A stretch of DNA of 64,000 nucleotides from the human T2T-CHM13v2.0 reference genome, Homo sapiens. The stretch covers positions 11,296,001 through 11,360,000 of the forward strand of contig CP086569.2 of assembly GCA_009914755.4 (NCBI GenBank). The letters are read 5' to 3'. This document shows, one piece after another, positions 15,211 through 27,011 of this stretch (its first letter is position 1; each line of letters begins with the position of its first letter). A model generated the notes under the pieces. It worked only from the letters and a program-made list of their open reading frames with translations. It ran no database searches and was not told the DNA's origin. A program made the translations under genes and the position numbers.

Positions 15211-17340
15211 CAGGTGGATACCTGGGCCCCAGTGGTCATCAGATCCTAGGAAACTCTCAGGCCCCAGGTGCACATAAAGCTACAGTGGCCACCTAGGCCA
15301 CAGGTTGATACACAGGGTCCAGGTGGACACTGGGTGCAAGATGAACACCAGGCCCCTGGTGAACACAAAGCCCCAGGTGTCTACCTAGTCCTCAAGTGGA
15401 CACCAGGCACTAGATTGACACACAGGTGCCAGGTGGATATCAGGCCGCAGGTGAACACCAGGCCCCAGGTGGTTGGGTTACTTATAGCATAGGTGGCCAT
15501 CAGGTCCCAGGTCTATATCCACTCCCCACCTGAAAATCAGGATCCAGGTGGATACCCATGTTCTAGGTGAACACCAGTTTCCAAATGGATATCAGGCTCC
15601 AAGTGAACACACAGGCCCCAGTTCAATACCAGCCTCAGGTAGACATCAGGACCCAGGTGGACCCCAGGCCCAATGTGCATGCCTAGTCTCTTGGAATACA
15701 TCATTTTCAAGGTGGACACCCAGATTCCTTGTAGACATCTGGTGCCAGGTGGATATCTGCCTGCAGGAGGACATCAGGCCCCAGGTGGACCCCAGGCCCA
15801 ACGTGCATGCCTAGTCTCTTGGAATACATCATTTTCAAGGTGGACACCCAGATTCCTTGTAGACATCTGGTGCCAGGTGGATATCTGGCTGCAGGAAGAC
15901 TTCAGGCCCCAGGTGGAGACTCAGTACACAAGTGTAAATCGGGCTCCAGTATTTCATCAGGCCCCAGTTAAACACTTGACTAAAGGTGTGCATCAAGACC
16001 CAGGTTGACACCCAGGCTTCAGTGCACACTAGGCCCAAAGTGTACACCTGTGCCAAGGTGGGCATCAGGCCCAAGGTGTACACCAGACTCCAAGTGGACA
16101 TCAGGTTGCAGGTTGACACCAGTCTCTAAGTAGATCCTTAAGCCCCAATTGGTCATCAGGCCCAAGGTGGATAGCTTGACCCCAGGAGGTCTCCAGGTCC
16201 CAGGCAGGCCTCAGGTGGACACTAAGCCCTAGATTAACACAAGGTCTGAGATGGTTTCAGCCCCTGTGTGGACTTTAGTCATAAGGAGCTTACTTAGGCC
16301 CTAAGTGGACATCAGGCCCCAGGTTGACACAATGAACCATGTAGAAGTCAGGCTCTAAGTAGACACCCAGGCCCTAGGTAAATACTTTGGTCCCAAGCCA
16401 ATATCAGGCCCTATGTGGGCACCCAGACTCCAGGCAGATGTCAGGCCCCAGGTGAACACTGAACTCAGGGTGGTCATCAGGCCCTAGGTTGACACATAGG
16501 CCACAGGTAGACAACAGGCGTAGGTGAACTTCAGGCTAAATATGAACGTCGGGCTCCAGGAAGAAGTCTGTGCCCCAGTTAAACACCGGGTCTTAGGTAG
16601 ACATCAGACCTCAAATGGATGCCCAGGCCCCAGGTGGATATAAGGCCTCAGGCAAACACCAGATCCCAGGTAGACATTAGACACAAGATGGACACTCAGG
16701 CCACAAGTGAACATCTGTTCCCAGATGGACATCCATCCCAAGGTGGACATCAGGCCAGAGATGTACACCCAGGCCCCAGGAGAACCCCAGGCCCCAGGAG
16801 GACACTCAAGCGCCAGAAGGACACCCAGTCCCTAGGTAACTAAAAGGCCCCAAGTGGACATGATGTTCCAGATGGATATGAGGCCCTAAGTGGATACTAG
16901 GCCCAGGTGGACCCCAGGTCTCAGGGGCACACCAGGACCCAGGGGAACACCAGGCCCTGGGTAAGCCTGCAGTCCCAGGTGGACATCAGGTGCCAGGAGG
17001 ACACCAGGACCTAGTTGGTCATCAAGCCACAGCTGAACACCAGTTCCCCATGAACACCAGTCCTCAGGTGGGCACCTAGTCCTCCCGTGTGCATCAGGTG
17101 CCAGGCTGACATAGGCACCAGCTGAACTCTGGGCCTCAGGTGAACATCAGATCCCAGGTTGTCACCCAGGCCCCAGGTGAACACCAGGTTTCAGGTGGAC
17201 ACGAGGTCCTAGGTGGATGTCTATGCTCCTAGTGAACCTCAGGCCCTAGTGGACACTCAGGCCCTTTATAGACATCTGGCTCCTTGTGCACTCCCAGCGC
17301 CCAGGTGGACATGAGACCCCAGAGGAAAACCAGTCCTTAG
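15211..17340 (-). repeat. Same 18-bp minisatellite in inverted orientation (core ~CCAGGTGGACATCAGGCC)
   Basis: At 15201-15220 the unit switches from ...cctgatgtcc to caggtggatacctgggccccagtgg...; the units from there on are the reverse complement of the upstream block. Confidence 0.9.
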
Positions 17341-17361
17341 TCATCTAAGACTGAATTCCCC

Positions 17362-17765
17362 TAGGGCTGGAGACTGAGTATTCACCTTGGGCCTAGGAAT
17401 CTACCTGGGGCCAGATGTTGATCTGGGGCCTGATGTCTACTCAGGTTCAGCTGTCCACTTAGGGTGGGGTGTTTTTCTGGGACCCAGAGTCTACCTGAAA
17501 TCTTGGTATCAACCTGGGGCCCATGTGTCCACTTGGAGTCTGATGTGCACTTGAAACCTGAATTTTCACCTAGGATCTGATGAGCACTTGGGGCGCAAGT
17601 TTCCATCTGAAAATCAGGCTCTAGTTATACGTCTGGGCCCCAGGTATACCCTGGACACCGAAAGAACTCCAGCCCCTATCTTAACATGATGTCCTAGGTG
17701 GATGCCCAGGTGTCATGTCTACATTAGGACTCAGGTAGACACAACTCCAGGCGGGCATCAGGCCT
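17362..17765. repeat. Short + orientation (17362-17608) then - orientation (17611-17765) blocks of the same minisatellite
   Basis: The + units read gggcctaggaatctacctggggccagatgttgatctggggcctgatgtctac; they are followed by - units ccaggtataccctggacacc...ctaggtggatgcccagg. Confidence 0.8.
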
Positions 17766-18137
17766 GATATTGGCTCTATGTCTCCACCCAAATCTCATGT
17801 TGAATCGTAATCCCCATGGGTTGAAGAAGGGGTGTGGTGAGAGGTGATTGAATCATGGGGGCAGTCTTCCCACTTGCTGTTCTCGTGATAGACTTCTTAT
17901 GAGATCTGGTTATTTGAAAGTGTGTAGCACATCCCCCTTCTCTCTCCCTCCTCCTCCCCCATGGTAAAAAGGGCTTGCTTGCTCTTGGCTTTATATCATG
18001 ATTGTAAGTGTCCCGGGCCCACCCAGTCATGCTCCCTATTAAGCCTGAAGAACTGTGGGTCAGTTAAACCTCTTTTCATCATAAGTTGCCCAATATCAGG
18101 TAGTTTTTTATAACAGTGTGAAAATGGACTAATACAA
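17766..18137 (+). mobile_element. Solo MaLR LTR (THE1/MST-like) inserted into the minisatellite
   Basis: tgatattggctctatgtctccacccaaatctcatgttgaatcgtaatccccatggg...ggtgattgaatcatgggggcagtcttcccacttgctgttctcgtgatag...ttataacagtgtgaaaatggactaataca. This matches the THE1 consensus at its start (TGATATGGTTTGGCTGTGTCCCCACCCAAATCTCA) and its end (AGCAGTGTGAGAACGGACTAATACA). Possible 5-bp target-site duplication AGGCC/AGACC. Confidence 0.8.
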
Positions 18138-18149
18138 GACCTTAGGATA

Positions 18150-21100
18150 ACAACCATGCTTCAGGCCATAGGTGGACATCTGGCTGCAACTGGACACTAT
18201 TCCCCAGGTGGATACCTAGGCTCAAGGTTGACATTAGTCCCCAGCTGAATACCTATGCCCTAAGTAGACATCAGGCCTCAGGCTGACACTCAGTCTAAGC
18301 TCAACATTAGGCTCAGGTGGACACCCAGACTCCAGGTGGATACTAGACCCCAGGGGTACACCAGACTCCTGGTAAGCATAAGTCCCCAGGAGGACACTAG
18401 AATCCAGTTGTACATAAAGCCACTGGTTGACTCCAAGCCCTCAGATGAACACCAGGCCAACTAGTGGACATTAGGCACATGAGAATACTTGGGCACCAGG
18501 CAGGTATCAGGCCCCGGGTAAACATCAAACTTCAGGTGGACATCGTTCTCCATGTAAACTCTAGCCCCAGCTAAACATCAGGCTCCAGGTGGAAGCCCAG
18601 ACCCCAGGTGCACTTCTGGCCACAGTTGGACATCTGTCCCCAGGTGAATATCAGACCATAGATGGATAGCAAGTCCCCAAGTGGACATCAGGTCAAAAGA
18701 GAATATAAGTCTCTAGGAAGACATCTGGCCCCAGGTGGATACTGAACTAGAGGCTTACATCAGACCCCAGATTGACATTCAATCCCCAGGTGGTCATGAC
18801 ACCTCAATTGGACACCAAGTCCTCAGGTTGATAACCAAGTCCCAGGTGGACACCACGTCAAATATGAACACAAGACCTAAGGTTGTCATTCAAGCCCCAA
18901 GTGGACACCAGGCCCTAGGTGAATAATATGACCCAGGGGATCATTGGGACCCAGCTGCATACCAGTCCCCAGGTTTACACGAGGCCCCCAGTAGGTTCCT
19001 AAGCTCTAGTTGGACATGAAGTCTCCAGTAGACACCCAGGACTAAGGTGGACATCAAGCATCAGATGGACGTCTGGCTGCGGATGAACATCAAGCCTCAC
19101 ATGGATACCTAGTCCGCAGGTAGGCATCAGGCCCCAGTTTGACATCAGTTTCTGGGTGGATCCTTAAGCCCCAGGTGGATATCCAGTCTCCAGCTGAACA
19201 TCAGCCCCTCATGGACGCCCAGTCCCCAGGTGAATATCATCAGGTCTCAGGTGAACACAAGTCCCCAGGCAGACATCAGACACCAGGTGTACACTCAGAC
19301 CCCAAGAGGACATCTGTCCCCAGGTTGACATCACTCTCAAGGTGTACATTAGGCCACAGATGTACACCCAGGTCCAAGGCAGACATGAGTCCCCAGTAAA
19401 ACTCAAGGCCCCAGGAGGATACTCAAGCCCTAGGTGGATGCCCACACCCCAGGTAATTACAAGGCCCCAGGTGGATACCAGATTCCAGATGAACATTAGG
19501 CCCCAAGTGGATACCTAGGCACCAGGTAGACACCAGGCTCCAGGTACATCCCCTGGTCTCAGGTGCACACTAGGTCCCCAGTGAACACTGGCTCCAGGTA
19601 AGCACCCAGTCCAAGGTAGACACCATGACCCAGGTGGTCATTAGGCCACAGCTGAACACCAATCTTGAGTGAACACCATATCCCAGGTGGTACCTAGTCT
19701 CCAGGTGGATATTGGGCCCCACGTGGACACCCAGCCCCCAGGTGAACATCAACCTTCAGGTGGACATCATGCCTCAGGTGAACTCCGGGTCCCAGCCCAG
19801 CTGAACATCAGGCTGCAGGTGGATGCCTAGGTTCCAGGTGCACAACAGGTCACAGCTGGACATTCAGCCCCAGGTGAACAACAGACCATGGGTGGATAAA
19901 CAGTCCACAGGTGGACATCAGGTCAAAGGTGAACATCAGTACTCAGGTGGACATCAGGCTCCAGGTTGACATTAAGCCCAAGGTGGACACTGAACTAGAG
20001 GTTTACACCAGGCCCCAGGTTGACACCCAGGCTCAGGTGGACATTGGGCCCCAGGTGGTTACCTAGGCCCCTAGTAAACCTCAGATTCTAGGTTGTCATT
20101 CAGGCCCCCAGTAGTCATTTGGCCCCATGTGGACACTCAGGCGCCAGGTTCACATGATGTCTTAACTGGACACCAAGGGGCCAGTTTGATACCCAAGTCC
20201 TGTGTGGGTGCCAGGTCCAGGGTTACACTCAAGCCCCAAGTGGACACCAGGCCCTAGGTGAATAACACAACCCATGTGGTCATTAGGCCCCAGAATGACA
20301 CCAGTCCCCAGGTTAACAGGAAGCCCCCAGTGGGCACCTATGCCCCAGCTGGACATCAGGCCTAAAGTGGACACCCAGGATCAAGATGGACATCAGGACT
20401 CAGGTGGACATCTGGTGACAGGTGGACATCAAGCCTGATGTGTACCTTGTCCCCGGGTGGTCATCAGGCCCCAGTTCAACACCAGTCCCTGGGTGGATTC
20501 CTCGGCTCCAAGTGGACATCCGGTCTTCAGCTGAACATCAGACCCCAGGTGAACACCAGGACTTAGGTGGACATTAGGCCCCTGGTGGACATAAAGTACC
20601 AGTGGACATCCATGCTGCAGGTGGACAACAAGGGCCCAGATGGGCATCAGGCCCCATTTGGACATTGAGTCCCCAGGTGGATATCAGGCCTCAGGGTGAA
20701 CCCAAGGTCCAACATAGACATCAGGCCTTAGGTTGACACTCAAGCACCAGATGGACTGCTGCACCTAAGCAGAAAATAAACCCCTATCTGGATATCTAAG
20801 ATACATGTATACAACAAGCTCCAGACTGACATCCAGACCCCAGGTGGACACCATACCCCAGGTGAACAGCAGGCAACAGTTTGGCACCAAGTACCTAAGT
20901 GAAACAAAGCCTTAGGTGATTACCAGGCCATAGGTAGTCATTAGTCTCCAGCTGGACAATAGTCCCTAGGTGGATACCTAGGCCCCAGGTGGACACTAGA
21001 CCCCAAATTAACACAAAAACCAAGTAAAAAATCAAGCCCCAAGTGGACAACCAGTCCCTAGGAAAATACACAAATCTCAAGCTGACACCAGGCCCTATTT

Positions 21101-21900
21101 GGACACCCAAGCCCTAGGTGGACTTCAGGCCACAGGTGAACACTGAACTCTAGAAGGTCTTCAGGCCCTGTGTTGACTACCTGGCCCCAGGGGGACACCA
21201 GGCATAGATGAACTTCAGCCACCAGCTGTACATCAGGTTCCAGGCAAATGTCCAGGCCCCAGGTGGATATCAAACCTCAGATGAACACCAGGCCCCAGGT
21301 AGACATCACAAACTAAGTGGACACTCAGGCCCCTATTGAATATCCATCCCCAGGTGGACATCCATCCCAAGGTGGACATGAGGCCACAGATGTACACTTA
21401 AGCCTAAGGCAGACCCCAGGCCCCAGGAAAACTCCAGGCTCCATGAGAGCACTCAGACCTCAGGTGGATGCATTGGTCCTAGGTAAATACAAGGCCCCAG
21501 ATAGACATCAGGCCCCAGTGAACACCAGAGCCCAGGTGGGTACCTAGTCCCCAGGTGTGCAACAAGCAGAAGGTTGACCCAGTCCTCAGCTGAACTCTGG
21601 GACCCAGCTGAACATCATAACCCAGATGGTCACTCAGGCTCCAGGTGAACACACGGTCTTAGGTAGACATCAGGTCCCACATGAACACCCAAGCCCCAGG
21701 TAGATATCAGGCCTTAGGTGTACACCAGACCTCAGGTGGGCATCTGGCTCCAGATGGCCGTAGGTGGATAACTAAACCTCTCATGGATATCAGGCCCCAG
21801 GTAGACACCAGGCTCCAGGCGAACATCTAGCCCCAGGGGGACATCCAGCCCCTGGTGAACATCAGGGCTCACATGGATAAACAGTTTACAGATGGACACC
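18150..21900 (-). repeat. 18-bp minisatellite, - orientation block (continues to the boundary with the 190-bp satellite)
   Basis: Units read ccaggtggacatcaggcc / ccaggtggatacctaggc... Confidence 0.93.
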
Positions 21901-21902
21901 TG

Positions 21903-24900
21903 CCACAGGTGCCTCACCTCTACTCCCTGAAACCTCACTTCCCCTCATGGGCCTTCTGTCCGACTTGGGGTACCCCTAGCCACCCTAGGCACACAGTGGA
22001 CTCGAACCAGGGGTGCCAGCGTCCCTGGGGCTCAGCACAAGGGTTCATGGGAATACACTTTCGTCCGTGGGGGACCCAGTCCTCACTTCTCGGCGGCGCA
22101 TTTTTTTTTTTCTCTGCCCCAGGTGCCTCACCTTCCCCTCATGGGCCTTCTGTCCACCTTGGGGTACCCCTAGCGGCCCGAGGCATACCCTGGGCTCGAA
22201 CCAGGGATGCCAGGGTCCCCGGGGCGCAGCGCAAGGGCTGATGGGGAGACACTTTCTTCCGTGGGGGACCCAGGCCCCTCTTCTCTGAGGCGCTTTTTTT
22301 TTTTTCTCTGCCCCAGGTGCCTCACCTTCACCTCATGGGCCTTCTGCCCGCTTTGGGGTACCCCTAGCGGCTCGAGGCACAAGCTGGGCTCGAATAAGGG
22401 TCGCCAGGGTCCCCGGGGCCCAGCGCAAGGGTTGATGGGACGACACTTTCACCCATGGGGGACCCAGGCCCCGCTTCTCCGCAGCGCAGTTTTTTTTTTT
22501 ATTTGCCCCAGGTGACTCACCTTCCCCTCATGGGCCTTCTGTCTGCTATGGGTTACCCCTAGCAGGCCAGAGGCGCACCCTGGATTCCAGCCAGGGATGC
22601 CAGGGTCCCCGGGGCCCAGTGCAGGGGCTGATGAGAAGGCACTTTCGTCCGTGGGGTACCCAGGCCCTGCTTCTCTGTGGCGCGGTTTTATTTTTTTCTT
22701 TTCTGCCTCAGGTGCCTTACCTCTCCTCCCTCAAACCTCAGCTTCCCCTCATAGGCTTTCTGCCCGCCATGGGGTACCCCAAGAGGCCCGAAGCGCACCC
22801 TTGTCTTGAACCAGGGGTGCCAGGGTCCCCTGGGCCCAGCTCAGGGGCTGATGGGAAGACACTTTCGTCCGTGGGGGAACCAGGCCCCGCTTCTCCGCGG
22901 CACAGTTTTTTTTTTTTTTCTGCCTCAGGTGCCTCACCTTCCCCTCATGGGCCTTCTGCCCGCTTTTGGGTAACCCTAGTGAGCCCAAGGCGCACCCTGG
23001 GCTCGAACGAGGGTCGCCAGGGTCGACGGGGCCCAGCGCAGGGGCTGATGGGAAGGCACTTTCATCCGTGGGGGACCCAGGCCCCGCTACTCCGTGGTTC
23101 GGTTTTTTTTTTTTCCTCTGCCCCAGGTGCCTCACCTTTCCTCCCTCAAACCTCACCTTCCACTCCTGGGCTTTCTGCCTGCGTTGGAGTACCCCTAGCG
23201 ACCCGAGCGCACCCTGGGCTCGAACCAGGGATGCCAGGGTCCCTGGGGCCCAGTGCAGGGGCTGATGGGAAGACACTTTCGTCTGTGGGGGACCCAGGGC
23301 CCGCTTCTCGGCGGCGCGGTTTTTTTTCTCTGCCCCAGGTGCCTTACCTTCCCCTCAGGGGCCTTCTGCCTACGTTGGGATACCCTAGCAGTCCCGAGGT
23401 GCACCCTGGGTTCAAACCAGGGACGCCAGTGTCCCCAGGGCCCAGCGCAGGGGCTCATCGGAAGGCACTTTCTTCCGTGGGGTACCCAGGCCCCGCTTCT
23501 AGGCGGAGCGGTTTTTAATTTTTTTCTGTGCTCCAGGTGTCTCACCTTCCCCTCATGGGCCTTCTGCCCGCCTTGGGGTACCCCTAGCAGGCCGAGGCGC
23601 ACCCTGGGCTCTAACCAGGGACACCAGGTTCCACAGGCCCAGCTCAGGGGCTTATGCGAAGACACTTTCGTCTGTGGGGGACCCAAGCTCTGCTCCTCTG
23701 CAGGGTTGTTTTTTTTTTTTTTTTTCTCTTCCCCAGGTGCCTCACCTTCCCTTCATGGGCTTTCTGCCCGCCTTTGGGTACCCCTAGCGGGCCCGAGGCT
23801 CACCCTGGTTTCGAGCCAGGGATGCTAGTGTCCCCGGGGCCCAGCGCAGTGCTGATGGGAAGGGACTTTTGTCCGTGGGGAACCCAGGGCCCACTTCTCC
23901 GAGGTGAGCTTTTTTTTTTTCTGCCGCAGGTGCCTCACCTCTCCTCCCTCAAACCTCACCTTCCCCTCATGAGCCCTCTGCCCGCCTAGAGGTACCGCTA
24001 GCGGCCCGAGGCACACCCTGTGGCTGAACCAGGGACGCCAGGGTCCCTGCGGCCCAGCACAGGCGCTGATGGGAAGACACTTTCGTTCGTGGAAGACCCA
24101 GGCCCCGTTTCTCAGTGGCGCGGTTTTTTTTCTCTGCCCGGGTGCCTCACCTTCCTCTAATGGGCCTTTTGCCCGCTTTGGGGTACCCCTAGCGGGCCCT
24201 ATTCGCACCCTGCGCTCGAACCAGGGTCGCACCACGAGGTCCAGCGCAAGGCCTGATGGGAAGGCACTTTCGTCAGTGGGGGACCCAGGCCCCGCTTCAC
24301 TGCGGCGCGTTTTTTTTTTTCTGCCACAGGTGCCTCACCTTCCCCTCATGGGCTTTCTGTCCACCTTGGGGTACCCCCAGAGGTCCGAGGCGCACCCTGG
24401 GCTCAAACCAGGGAAGCCAGGGTCCCTGGGGCCCAGCACAGCATCTGATGGGAAGGCACTTTCTTCCATGGGAAACCCAGGCCTCCCTTCTCCGTCGAGA
24501 GGTTTTTTTTTTTTCCTCCGCTCCAGGTGCCTCACCTTCCCTTCATGGGCTTCTGCCCACTTTGGGGTACTGCTAGCGGCCCGAGGCGCACACTGCGTTC
24601 GAACCAGGGTCACCAGGGTCCACGGGGCCAAGCGCAGGGGCTAATGGTAAGGCGCTTTTGTCTGTGGGGGTCCCAGGACCCCCCTCTCCGTGGCGCATTT
24701 TTTTTTTTTCTTTTTTCTGCCACAGGTGCCTCACCTCTCCTCCCTCAAACCTCACCTTCGCCTCATGGGCCTTCTGCCTGCCTTGGGGTACCCCTAGCGG
24801 CCCGAGGCGAACCCTGGGGTCGAACCAGGGACGCCAGGGTCCCTGGGGCCCAGTGCAAGGGCTGATGGGAAGATACTTTCTTCCATGGGAGCCCAGGCAC

Positions 24901-26977
24901 CGCTTCTCCGCGGCGCATATTCTTTTTCTTTCGGCTGCCCCAGGTACCTCACCTTCCCCTCATGGGCCATCTGCCTGCTTTGGGGTACTCCTAGTGGAGC
25001 GAGGCGCACCCTGGGCTCGAACCAGAGTCATCAGGTTCCCTGACGCCCAGCGCAAGGGCTGATGGGAAGACACTTTCGTCTGTGGCGGACCCAGGCCGCG
25101 CTTCTCAGCGGCGCGGTTTTTTTTTTTCTTGCCACAGGTACCTCACCGCTCCTCCCTCAAACCTCAACCTCCCCTCATGGGCTTTCTACCTGCCTTGGGG
25201 TACCCCTAGCGGCCCAAGGCACACCCTGGGTTTGAGCCAAGGTCGCCAGGGTCCACGGGGCTCAGCACAGGGCCTGATGGGAAGGCACTTTCGTCTGTGG
25301 GGGCCCATGCCCTGCTTCTCCGTGGCTCGGTTTTTTTTTTCCTTCCTGCCACAGGTGCCTCACCTCTCCTCCCTCAAACCTCACCTTCCCCTCATGGCCC
25401 TTCTGTCTGCCTTGGGGTACACCTAGCAGCCCGAGGTGCACTGTGGGCTCGAACCAGGGACTCCAGGGTCCCTGGGGCCTAGCGCAAGGGCTGATGGGAA
25501 GACACTTTCGTCCGTGGGGGGGGGGGGTACCCAGTCCCCGCTTCTCCGTGGCGAGGTTTTTTTTCTTTTTCTCTGCCCCAGGTGCCTCACCTTCCCCTCA
25601 TGTGCCTTCTGCACGCTTTGGGGTAACCCTAGCGGCCCAAGGCGCACCCTGGGATCGAACAATGGAAGCCAGGTTCCACGAGGCCAAGCGCAGTGGTTGA
25701 TGGGAAGACACGTTCTTCCTCGGGGACCCAGGCTCTGCTTCTCTGCGGCGTTTTTTTTTTTTCTTTTCCCCAGGTGCCTCACTTTCCCGTCATGGGCTTT
25801 CTGCCCGCCTTGAGGTACCCCTAGCGGGCCCGAGGCGCACCCTGCTTTCGAGCCAGAGATGCTAGGGTCTCCGGGGCCCAGTGCAGGGCTGATGGGTAGG
25901 GACGTTCGTCCGTGGGGGACCCAGGCCCCACTTCTGGGCGGCGCAGTATTTTATTTTTTTCTCTGCCCCAGGTGTCTCACCTTTCCCTCATGGGCCTTCT
26001 GTCTTGGGGTACCCCTAGCAGGCCGAGGCGCACGCTGGGCTCCAGCCAGGGATACCAGGGTCCCCAGGGCGCAGTGCAAGCGCTGATGGGAAGACAGCTT
26101 CTTCTGTGGGGGACCCAGGCCCCACTTATCCGCGGCGCGGTTGTTTTTTGTTTTTTTCTCTGCCCCACGTGCATCACCTTCCCCTCATGGGCCTTCTGCC
26201 CGCTTTTGGGTACACCTAGCGGCCTGAAGCACACCCTGGTCTCGAACCAGCTACGCCAGGGTCCCCTGGGCCCAGCGCAAGGGCTGATGGGAAGACACTT
26301 TCGTCCGTTGGGGACCCAGGCTCCGCTTCTCCGTGGTGCAGTTTTTTTTTTTTTTTTCCTGCCACAGGTGCATCACCTCTCCTTCCTCAAACCTCAACTG
26401 CCCCTCAGGGATTTCTGCCCGCCTTGGGGTACCCCTAGCAGGCCCGAGGCGCACCCGGGGCTCGAACAGGGTCTCCAGTGTCCACAGGGCCCAGCGAAGG
26501 GACTGATGGGAAGGCATTTTCATCCGTGGGGGACCCAGGCCCAGCTTCTCCTAGGCGCGGCTTGTTTTTTTTTTTTTTTTTTCTGCCACAGGTTCCTCAT
26601 CTCTCCTCCCTCAAACGTCAACTTCCCATCATGGGCTTTCTGCCCGACTTGGGGTACCCCTAGCAGCCAAAGGCGCTCCCTGGACTCGAACCATGGATGC
26701 CAGGGTCGCCTGGGCCCAGTGCAGGGGCTGATGGGAAGGTACCTTCATCCGTGGGTACCCAGGCCCCGCTTCTCAAAGCTGCGGTTTTTTTTCTCCACCC
26801 CAGGTGCCTCACCTTCCCCTCATTGGCCTTCTGCCTGCTTTGGGGTAACACGAGCGGGCCCGAGGCACTCCTGGGTCTCGAACCAGGGTCGCCAGGTTCT
26901 CGGGGCTAGCGCAGGAGCTGATAGGAAGGCACTTTCATCAGTGGGGACCCAGGCCCGGCTTCTCCAAGGCGCTGATA

Positions 26978-27011
<34 letters not shown>

